From Octopus bimaculoides (lineage: Eukaryota), in NCBI RefSeq assembly GCF_001194135.2, contig NC_069003.1, forward strand, positions 6,082,377 through 6,123,971: a stretch of DNA of 41,595 nt, written 5' to 3'. The number at the start of each line of letters is the position of its first letter. The stretch's first letter is position 1. The position numbers were made by a program, and so were the translations under genes. Below, piece after piece: positions 1-10,920 of the stretch. The notes under the pieces are model-generated. The model was not told the DNA's origin, ran no database searches, and saw nothing but the letters and a program-made list of their open reading frames with translations.

Positions 1-201
1 TGTACATACATACCTAAGTACACATGTACACATGCATGTACACGTGCATATATGCATGTAGGCATACACATACATATGCACATATATATGTACACATGTA
101 CGTATGTATGAACACATGTACGTATGTATGTACATATATACATATATATTCATGTACAAATATCCATATATATGTACATATATACATATATATACATATA
201 A
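1..201. repeat. Compound (TA)n/(CA)n/(CATA)n simple repeat
   Basis: Alternating purine-pyrimidine repeats (tacatacata, tatatgtaca); ORF 24..257 is its translation. Confidence 0.9.
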
Positions 202-592
202 TCTTTTACTTGTTTCAGTTATTTGACTGCGGCCATACTGGAGCACACTCCTTATAGTTGAGCAAATCGACCCCAGAGCTTATTCTTTGTAAGCCTAGTA
301 CTTATTCTATCGATCACTTTTGCCGACCTGCTAAGTTACAGGTAAATAAGCACACCAGCATCAGTTGTCAAGCAATGCTGGGGGGACAAACAGACCCACA
401 AACATATACACACATATAAATACATATACGACGGGCTTCTTCTAGTTTCTGTCTACCAAACCCACTCACAAGGCTTTGGTCAGCCCGAGGCTATAGTAGA
501 AGACACTTGCCCAAGGTACCATGCAGTGGGACTGAACCCAGGACCATGTGGTTCTTGAGCAAGCTACTTACCACACAACCACTCCTACGCCT
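202..592 (-). mobile_element. Near full-length tRNA-derived SINE, family A (octopus-type)
   Basis: Minus strand reads aggcgtaggagtggttgtgtggtaag (A box)...gggttcagtccc (B box)...cttgggcaagtgtcttctactatagcctcggg...agaagcccgtcg...gctccagtatggccgcagtcaaataactgaaacaagtaaaaga. The same organisation recurs at 9745, 30058, 37255 and in partial copies. Confidence 0.85.
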
Positions 593-618
593 ACAATACA
601 TATATATATACATATACA

Positions 619-2022
619 TTGGCAAACTTCCAAGAAAACTGAAGGTGGATAAAATATGTCCTATTCATAAAGGAGGTAGCAGAACTGAGGCCAAAAACTA
701 CACACTATCTCTCTGACTTCACACATTAGCAAGGTCATGGAACAAATAGTCAGAAGAAAACTAATCGCCTTCCTTGAAGAAAATGACTTGCTGACTGACA
801 CCCAACATGGTTTCCGACCAAGAAGACGCTGCCTGACTGAGCCCTTACCACACTGTGACTGGGTGCTGAAACAGCTGCTCAATCACTCAAATGTGGAAGT
901 GATATATCTCGATGTTGCAAAGGCCTTTGATTTCGTCGATCATGGAATGATATGTCACAAACTGCATGATCTCAGCATAGTCAGAAAATTATGAGAATGG
1001 CCTCATGACTTTCTGAAGAATAGAAGTCAGGTGGTAGTAGCCAATGGGGCCACCTCCAATAACACACAAATAGTGAGCGGTGTTCCACAAGGCACTGTTT
1101 GGGACCACTACTGTTCATAATGGCCCTCAGCCACACAGGTAATACACTATGCACCAGCAATGTGAGCTGGATGAAATATATAAAAGCAGGGCTGAAAAGA
1201 ATAGCATGCAGTTTAATGCTGATAAGTTTCAATTTGTGCTCTATTAGTATGCAAAACTAAGCGCAATACCAATTAAATACACTGGACCTGGAGAGATTGC
1301 AATCCCAGAGGCACAGTCAGCGCAAGACTTGGGCATTTACATGAGTAATGATGCATCCTACCATGGGCATGTTGCTGAATTGGCAATGAAATGCAGGCGG
1401 CTGACCGGATGGACTCTTAGAAATTCTAGAGCAAGAGATCAGGAAACCATGATGGTCCTCTGGAGGACACTTGTCCTAAGCCACTTTGATCACCAACCAA
1501 TGTCAAATTAATCTCAGAACTTGAGGCAATCCAATAAGCTACACGAAGAAGATAGCCTCTATGCAGCATATAAGCTACTGGGAAAGACTTAACAGATTAA
1601 GACTCTCTTCCTTAGAGTGGAGGCAAGGGAAGATCCTGGAGGGACGTCCCAAACTTTGGCATCGAGAGTTACACAAATACTAGAAATGGGCACACCACTG
1701 CATAGTGCCAAGGACTCCACATTTGCCATCAAGATATAGGACAAGATACTGCAAGAGCCTGGGCTTCAAAGGACAACAGGAACTGAGAGACCAGCATGGG
1801 TTGGATTTAGGTGTCTTCAAAATAAAAGTAGACCTCCTACTGTCAAGTATCCCAGATGAGCCAACTTCACGACAGGAGGTGTAAATGAGGCCAGCAGCAT
1901 CAAGCTCCCTCATGCACAACATGTCAATTCCTTAAAAGTATTCCTGAATTAAAATCATGTAGCAACACCAATTGGAGGTGCCCTAGCATGCCAAAGCTCA
2001 TGAGGTGAAACTAGATCAAATA
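619..2022 (+). mobile_element. Decayed CR1-group LINE reverse transcriptase and 3' end (5'-truncated, frameshifted)
   Basis: Across frames: KICPIHKGGSR.EAKNY, QHGFRPRR, VIYLDVAKAFDFVDH, SGVPQG..GPLLF, NSMQFNADKFQ, WTLRNSRARDQETMMVLWRTLV. These are canonical CR1/L2-group RT motifs; stops and frameshifts throughout. Confidence 0.9.
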
Positions 2023-2700
2023 AAATGCGACCATATATATATACACACACATGCATGTACATATATATATATATATGTACATGTGTGTATATATATATAT
2101 ATATATATATNNNNNNNNNNNNNNNNNNNNNNNNNNNNNNNNNNNNNNNNNNNNNNNNNNNNNNNNNNNNNNNNNNNNNNNNNNNNNNNNNNNNNNNNNN
2201 NNNNNNNNNNNNNNNNNNNNNNNNNNNNNNNNNNNNNNNNNNNNNNNNNNNNNNNNNNNNNNNNNNNNNNNNNNNNNNNNNNNNNNNNNNNNNNNNNNNN
2301 NNNNNNNNNNNNNNNNNNNNNNNNNNNNNNNNNNNNNNNNNNNNNNNNNNNNNNNNNNNNNNNNNNNNNNNNNNNNNNNNNNNNNNNNNNNNNNNNNNNN
2401 NNNNNNNNNNNNNNNNNNNNNNNNNNNNNNNNNNNNNNNNNNNNNNNNNNNNNNNNNNNNNNNNNNNNNNNNNNATATATATACACATAAACGCACATAT
2501 ACATATATACATGCACATTTATATATACATATATATACATACATATACATACATACATATATATATATACACAAATATATACATACATATACAGGTATAT
2601 ACACACATACAGATATATACTTACATACACATACATGTGTATGGATATATATACATACACGATAGATAGATAGGATTACACACACACACAAACGTACAGA
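2023..2700. repeat. (TA)n/(CA)n microsatellite spanning assembly gap N 2111-2474
   Basis: Direct reading. Confidence 0.95.
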
Positions 2701-3383
2701 TGACACAAATATAATGTCATCAGCTATGGGACATAGGTATACGTCCTAAATTGTGTGCAGCAAAACTTCCAATCTATTGTGCTTGCATCGTTCAAAGATA
2801 CGGGAGTTTAAATCTCACAAGGTTTTTAGTCTTTCCACTTTATTGTCCCAGGGTTGTTTAAGTAAATAAAAGTAACAAGCAAGGCACGAACTGACATTTA
2901 CTTAGTCGACCGCTCCCAGGCAGCCTTGTTCTATCTAAGAACCTTCCCTATTAAATCTCTTACAAGCATCTCAAGCGAAATGAGCATAGCTTTGGATTGG
3001 ATAGGTAAGAGTCCGTTTTAATTTATATCCATTTACTAATAAGTTCGAGCCCTGCTGAGGTCCACCCTAACACTCTGGAATCAATAAAACGAAGGACCAG
3101 TCACATCCTGGGGCTTAAACTCTCCAACTATACCTCTATCCCCAACACAAACACACACAAAAAAACCTTGTGACCCTTTGTGACTGATATGGCAGCCTTA
3201 TTAGTAAAGGTTTCTAACAGGTGGTGGTCGTCGGTTCAGAAGTTTAAATGAAAGAAGCTGCAGGTCTAAATTCTGAATCTAAAAAAAAATGTAAAGAAAT
3301 GTAAAAGAAAGCGTGTTTTCTAGCTTTAAGATAAGGGAAGGGTTGGCTGGCTTCCGAAATTTTTGTGAGCCCGAAATGTTTAG

Positions 3384-3429
3384 CAGCTCCTTTATAGGAT
3401 CCAGCTAACTGGATCCTATAAAGGAGCTG
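3384..3429. repeat. Perfect 21-bp inverted repeat with 4-nt loop
   Basis: cagctcctttataggatccag-ctaa-ctggatcctataaaggagctg. Confidence 0.95.
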
Positions 3430-3580
3430 TTGTGGTAGCAGACCACGAAACATGGTTGAAATTCCTCCTAACACTAAGGAGTGGTACCTAATTTATTAAG
3501 CTTACGACTTATACCCTATTAAAAAATAAAATTATACTTTAAATTTTAGGGATCCAAAGTTTTATGATTTAATGTGTACT

Positions 3581-3800
3581 ATTCTTTTATTCTTTTACTT
3601 GTTTCAGTTATTTGACTGCGGCCATGCTGCAGCAACGCGTTCAATCGAACAAACCAATCCCAGGACTTATTCTTTGTAACTACCGGTCTCCTTTGCCAAA
3701 AGGCTAAATTACAGGGACTAAACACACCAACATCTGTTGTCAAGCGATGGTGGGCGGACAATCACACACAAAAACATACACACACACACACACATATATA
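3581..3800 (-). mobile_element. SINE family A, 3' half
   Basis: tcttttacttgtttcagttatttgactgcggccatgctg...cacaccaacatctgttgtcaagcgatggtgggcggaca matches 202-410. Confidence 0.8.
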
Positions 3801-3825
3801 TATATACAATTCTTTAATAAGGACA

Positions 3826-3921
3826 TTATTGGCAGTGACTTCGAAGTTTGGACCAGCTAAGCAAGCCATCACTGGACTACGATGGCTTAGGTGGTCAAAA
3901 CTTCGAAGTCACTGTCAATAA
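3826..3921. repeat. Long imperfect hairpin (MITE-like foldback)
   Basis: ttattggcagtgacttcgaagtttggacca pairs with tggtcaaaacttcgaagtcactgtcaataa (2 mismatches); inner aagccatc/gatggctt. Confidence 0.85.
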
Positions 3922-5118
3922 ATCCTATTCTAGTTAGGGAGTATTGAGTGATCCTGTAATTTAATGTAAAATTGCTTTTACTAAAACATTAAAATAATTA
4001 CATATTATAATTCGATCCCTGAACTTTGAGGTTCGAAAGTTCAATAAATGAAAGTTCTTTAAAGAAAGAGGTTTAAAAGATAGCTCCCTAAATTATAAAG
4101 GGTCAAAAGTTTATGCATTAGGATATGTATTCAACATAGGGGAAAGAAACATTGCTCCCAATTCTGGCGGGGGGTGGGATGTCAAAAGTGTATAGGCCCA
4201 TTATTAAAGAGAGTTTGCTCACTGGGAACGTTTTGGGGTCATGCCCCTAAATGATTAGGGCTTAAAAAATAAAAATGGCAGCAAGGGTGGAGGTGGGTGG
4301 ATTGAGGAAATTACTTCTATTGAAGAGAGAATAGATATAAGCTACCCTAGTTTTGTACACCACATGAACTTATTTGGGGGTCATCATTAATATTTAAGGG
4401 GCTTCTTTCATTTCAACACACGCAGGCGTGTGCGTGTATGTATGTATGTATATATATCGTAAAACAATTTTAAAAAATAGGATAATGATAGGCGAAGAGA
4501 AATAAATGGAAAAGAGCGAACGGCGATGGTGAGGGGGGGGGGAGAAATGGTGTCACGGATAATAGGGGTTGAAATATTTTTAGGGATCTGCTTTGTTTTC
4601 CTTTTCAAATTATATATAGAAATATATATGACACACACACAGCTCATGAATAAAGAAAGGAGGTAGCTGAATGAAAGCTATGAAATGTAAATCAAAGTTA
4701 TAGGAAAAAAGAGATCGCGAGAGAAGAGAAAATTAGAACAAGATGGAGAAATATTTGTGTGAATAAATACGGGTGGGAGTAAAAAAAAAAATGTTTAACC
4801 CCAGGTCAGTGAGACTAAGCAGAGCAGACTCAAGATCATACTAGATGTGTTCCAGGTGTGACCATCCCTTTTAAAGAAGTTATTTAATTATCATTATTCG
4901 TATAATCAGGAACTACATTACCTCCTTTATTCTTCCTGTTTTTAAACAGTGAAATGTGAATTCAATGAGATTTGGATTCAATTTCCATAGGTCGAAAGAC
5001 TACCTCGAGGCTTCCCCCATTAGTGCACTAATACACTTATAGACGCGTGTTCAGTGTTTTAAAAGTTATATGTGCACGAAGCTTATTATATACACTAAAA
5101 AAATGTTATGTAAACGCG

Positions 5119-5119
<1 letters not shown>

Positions 5120-5214
<95 letters not shown>

Positions 5215-5232
5215 GTATGTATATACATACAT
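5120..5232. repeat. (TA)n + (TATG)n microsatellite
   Basis: Direct reading. Similar arrays lie at 5620-5710, 6306-6385, 7283-7330, 9625-9690, 10770-10823 and elsewhere. Confidence 0.95.
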
Positions 5233-5624
5233 ACGCGGACACATACACAAACTGTTATGTTACATAGACCACATTGCGATTGTTATACAAAGCACATTGT
5301 TGTGTATACGCTGTAGAAACTGTATAGTAACTATTGGTATATATGTGTGTATCTATCTATCTATATATATATATATATAATGTAGTATGTTGAATGTGAG
5401 TGTTGTTGGTGTCGTGTGCACTCTATTGTGTTTGTGGGTACGGGTGTGTATTAATTATATACCCAGTGACTGTAAATATAGAAATGAAGAGAAACTAACA
5501 TTCCTGAAAAACCAACAATTATTATGTGTATGTGTGAACATACAAACACCCGCTCCAAAATATGTACATACAAGCAGACATACCCATTAATGATACACAT
5601 AACATATAGATACATACATACAAT

Positions 5625-5714
<90 letters not shown>

Positions 5715-6304
5715 TCCAAGTTTGTAAACAGAGAAACTGTCACGTGAACAGATACGATTAAAAATTAAAGATTGGGATAACGTGTATACATATATATATA
5801 TACTACACAAATATTTATATATATATATATATACACATAAGTATGTATGTACATCTATGACTGTGTCTGTAACGGAGTTTTGTGGCCATGTTGGATCAGC
5901 ACAAACCACGTTTTCCTCCTTTTAAATTCGATAAACGTTAGGCAGGGAGCAAGGATTTCTGAGGAAGACATACAGACACACTCACAAATATACATGCTTA
6001 CAAACGAGCACACACACACACGTGTACACTTCATATTTTCATCTATATATAGATAGTACCCGTGTTATTTATTCGACTAAAGGTACTGTTTACAAGCTAA
6101 TTCGACCTAACTAGGTACCTATCACTCAAGTAACCTGATTCAAACGAATCCTTAATGTTGTATGAATATCTATACACACACACAACGCATGATTACGTAC
6201 AGACCCACAAAACATTCAACGTACATTGACTAATTTACGTACACACACAAACACAGCCACATCACATACAATTAGAACCAGAGCCAAAAGTACACACACA
6301 CACG

Positions 6305-6387
<83 letters not shown>

Positions 6388-7278
6388 CACACAGACCCAC
6401 AAACAGACATGGTTAGAAGTAGAAGTTAACAGCAAAGCGACATCGTCAATCACAGAGGAGTATAATAAATACAATAACAGCAGAAAGTGAAGGGGGCTAA
6501 AATGGTGAAGTTAATGGTGGTGATGGAGGAGGGCGCGCCGTTCGCCATCTTGCCTAGCTTTTTGCTTGTTATTTGTGACCAAGAGTTTTATAATCGCTAT
6601 CCGCCCGCTTCTTCTTATCGTCACACATACATTCAAAAATACATACACACACACACACATATACATACACCGATCTTTATACATATATATATATATATAT
6701 ATATGTATATATTTGTTTCTTTTGGTATTGGGTAGATTTATGCTTGCCTACTGAAATAATAAGACAAATTGTATTATTACACTCAGCTACCCAGTAGTAG
6801 GTGTAGTACTCTTCTAATTAAATGGCCTTTGTGGTGGAGGAGATAAAAACAAGACTAAAAAAAGCGGTGCTGGTTGGTTCCTCGAGGTTTTGTTGTGGTT
6901 TTGTCTTGTTGCATATGACAACGGCAGAAAAAAAAAAGCTGGTTTGCATTACATGTACATGTAAACTTAACTGAGCATATCAACCACATTCAACCACAAA
7001 GATATGTAACACTCGTGATTAATGCGTGTGTGCGTGTATATATACTGAATACGTGTGTATATATATATAGATATCTATCTGTACTAACTTAAGGAAAAAG
7101 TACTTAATTGTTAAATATCGATACGATATTTACTCCGATGACACGACTGGTTCGAACTTCGAAGTTACTGCCAACCTTTTCCATGTAAGGGAAAAAATTC
7201 ATATGTACTCGAAAGCATTAATGTGATTCTTTAGTTAAACTGTATTTAAATATAACTGTACATATAAACACACACACA

Positions 7279-7313
<35 letters not shown>

Positions 7314-7834
7314 ATACATATATATATATATCGCACTAGGCATAATCACAGCCAATTAAACTAAACACTTTATATATACATGTGTGTGTATGAATGAAAA
7401 AAAAAAATCACCCCTCGTCACTATACTGACAGAACAAAACCGGAGGACAAATACTTCCATGGTGACACATAGAATTCTGATCATACACAGTCTTCAATAT
7501 AGGGAATTACTATGTGGGGTATATATATATATATATATACACGTACGTGCGAGAGAGAGATCAATGGAGTGGAAATTGTAGCGAGGAAGTGTCTAGCGTG
7601 TTAAAAATAGGGAACATTTTATATATCATTGCAAAGGAGGACAAGACCACACACAATCATGTGCGTGTAAGTGTGTATATATACGTAGAACCTTTTTTTA
7701 TCTCTCACTCTCTCTAAATATAACATACACACAAAAGCATGTATGTATGATACACTTATTTACAACTGCACGGGATCTGTTTTCTCCACTCAAAGTATGC
7801 CACTACCTTGTACGCTCATGTAGCGTGTGTGTGT

Positions 7835-7867
<33 letters not shown>

Positions 7868-8019
7868 NNNNNNNNNNNNNNNNNNNNNNNNNNNNNNNNN
7901 NNNNNNNNNNNNNNNNNNNNNNNNNNNNNNNNNNNNNNNNNNNNNNNNNNNNNNNNNNNNNNNNNNNNNNNNNNNNNNNNNNNNNNNNNNNNNNNNNNNN
8001 NNNNNNNNNNNATATATTA

Positions 8020-9580
8020 TACTAGCAGAGATACCCGGCGTTGCCTGTGTTACATGCAATTGAAGAATTAGACTTTTCTGTTACGTTTTCTCTAACGAAC
8101 TGGAATACCTATGATTCGAATTTCATCAGAATTGCAGATGAGGGTTCTTTCCCTCTTTACACACCCTAAAAAAATTCTAATCATGACACATGTATATCTC
8201 ATACTACTGATCTTTATGTGCAGATTCCAAAATTCCAGTTTTATGGAACCTGTTAAAAGGATTTTGCTCCTGAAAAATGGAAGTCATGGAGCTCTAAAAT
8301 GTGGGAGTTAAGGCCCCCATTGGGGGCGGGTGTGTGTCTTAATGTCAACCAGAGAAGTTGAATTGTTGAGAATCTTTTTAACTTGGGTCTTATATCTATT
8401 GCTTGAATTTCTTTGAAATAGGAAATATATGCAGGTTCACTGGGGTTTGTAAAAGAGAGCAAAGCTACAGGAAACCAAAAGACAAATGATCACAATAAGC
8501 AGTCAGCTACCCTACCCTAGTCGTTACTACTCCCCCAGTGTAGGATTCCTCACCATACAGATGACAGGCACAGCCATAAAATGCATCATGGATCTATAGC
8601 AATTGGAAGGGTGTAACCCAACTCAAATAAACATTAACAACTGTGTGACGTGAGGGCTAAGGAGAAATGAAAGTATCACCTCTGGAGTTTGCAAATGACC
8701 ACTATACCAATAGGTAACTGGACAGAATAAATTTACAATCTATAAATGCCTTTCAACAACCAGTCACTCATCTGGGGACTATGTGTGACCCAGTGATAAT
8801 AAAAAGACTCAAAGGAGGTCTGCAACCAAATACCTTTACTCAACACTTTGCAATTGAATCAGTGGAGGCAAAGATGCTTCACATTTACTTGACAATTTAT
8901 GCACCACATTGCAGAAATCACAGTCTAAGTATATCTGAAAGCAAACTCTTATACTGTTGTACCATTGAATTACTTATAAAGCTCATCTTTTATGCTCAGG
9001 TGACCCTACAGCTTCCAAGAGTACAACTGTATTCTTCTTTGCTTAGATAAAATGACTAAATTGTGGGTGTTAAGTCCCCATGAAGGGGTCTTTCTAACTT
9101 CTAAGAAGATGAAATTCCAAATTTCATCAAGATCCATTCAGTACTTTTGACCTAGTTTTGGATCATAAAGAAAATGATTAAACTTTGGGAGTTAAGGGCC
9201 CCATTAGGGGGTCTTAGAATCCTCATGAGAAGTGGAAACTTTGAGAATACTTCTTGATGTGTGTCAATTACCCATGGTTGAAGTTTCATCAACATCGAAA
9301 ATTTATGAATTTTCATGGGGGGGTTCTGCCCCCTTTGAGCCATCTCAAATTCAAACCAAACATATTGCATTATACCTGCCCTTATGCATTGAATCTAAGT
9401 TCCAAATATCATAAGCATTCATTCAGTAATTTTGGTCCATGAAATTGTATGAAACACACAGCATTACCCTTCTCCCTAGGTTGGGATTTTGTGTTCCAAA
9501 TTTCATTAGAATCGGTGCAGTAGTTTTCAAATTTATAACACACGATCACACATAAAGACATTGACTTTTATATAATAGAT
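8020..9580 (+). mobile_element. Non-autonomous Helentron/HINE (DINE-1/Lep1-like architecture)
   Basis: Begins tactagcagagatacccggcgttgcc and ends ccaaatttcattagaatcggtgcagtagttttc...acacataaagacattgacttttatataatagat. Internal sub-repeats: ggagttaaggg/ccccatt at 8303, 9065, 9187 and aatttcatca at 8118, 9119. Termini resemble Lep1/DINE-1/MINE elements as I recall them. Confidence 0.6.
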
Positions 9581-9625
9581 ATGAATATGCACATATACAT
9601 ACATGTGTGTGTATTATATATATAC

Positions 9626-9690
<65 letters not shown>

Positions 9691-9744
9691 CACACACACA
9701 AAAAGATAGATTGATAGATACAACTGAGTGGGCAAACAAATATA

Positions 9745-10078
9745 TGAGTTACTGCCTTGTGATTTTTATTTTGATAAGCCTGGTACTTATTCTATCAGTT
9801 TCTTCTTGTCAAACCAGTAAGTTATGGGGATGTAAATAAATGAACACCAGTTGTGAAACAGTGATGAGGGAGAAACACAGAGACAAACACACACACACAC
9901 AGACTTACATATATACATACATACGATTGATTTCTTTCAGTTTCTGTCTACAAAATCCACTCACAAGACTTTGGTTGGTCTAAGGCTATAGCAGAAGACA
10001 CATGCCAAGTCATCACACAGTGGTACTGAACCCAGGACCATGTGTTTTGGAACCAAGTTTCTTACCACACAGCCACAT
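9745..10078 (-). mobile_element. SINE family A, degenerate
   Basis: cctggtacttattctatc...aaatccactcacaagactttgg...ggtactgaacccaggaccatgtg...cttaccacacagccac. Confidence 0.8.
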
Positions 10079-10172
10079 ATATACATCTACATGTATATAT
10101 ATATATATATATATTAGTGCAGATGTATGTATATATNNNNNNNNNNNNNNNNNNNNNNNNNNNNNNNNNNNN

Positions 10173-10223
<51 letters not shown>

Positions 10224-10369
10224 ATGTATGCCTGTATATATGAGATGATAGTTTCACTTTAATAGTTTCAGTCTTAAAGTGAAAATATCTGACATTACAA
10301 CAGAGAGATGTTATTGTTTCACTTTTGACACGTAATACTGAAAAAGTTGAGATGATATTGCTCTGAGCT

Positions 10370-10532
10370 CGCACTAAGCAAGAAGTTGGAATTTTTTTTT
10401 TTTTTCTGCCTATGACACTACATGGACCCTAAGTAAGGCATGTGTAAAATTTGAATGAAATTGGTTGTGTAGTTCTCAAGTTTTAGGGATTCACACAGAC
10501 ACACACACACATTCTCATCTTTATATATATAG
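10370..10532 (+). mobile_element. 3' end of a second HINE-like element
   Basis: tgtaaaatttgaatgaaattggttgtgtagttctcaagttttagggattcacacagacacacacacacattctcatctttatatatatag follows the same terminal grammar as 9490-9580. Confidence 0.5.
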
Positions 10533-10570
10533 TATATATATAAACACTACTACTACATACGGATACTTGC

Positions 10571-10603
<33 letters not shown>

Positions 10604-10767
10604 ATATATATATGTGTGTGTGTGTGTATGTCAATGTACAAAGTTGTCCATGAATTTCAGCATAAAATACACACTACACATGTTAATTCATGCCTTTATA
10701 CACACATTACTATATTACACGCTACTTTATACATATTTATAAATTGTCTACTGATTTGTGCGCGCGC

Positions 10768-10823
<56 letters not shown>

Positions 10824-10889
10824 NNNNNNNNNNCACATCATACATACGTTGCTAATTAGTACACACGGGAGCCAGCTCTCAGTGTGTGA

Positions 10890-10920
<31 letters not shown>

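Noticed and set aside
1955-2706. Long ORFs of YI/CV/HT repeats and X runs (also 34211-35234 and many others)
   Set aside because: Translations of dinucleotide microsatellites and N gaps.
3244-3290. Strong minus-strand acceptor (tttcttttacatttctttacattttttttag) as exon 2 of the signal-peptide gene
   Set aside because: The phase-1 frame gives DSEFRPAASFI* and stops after 11 codons.
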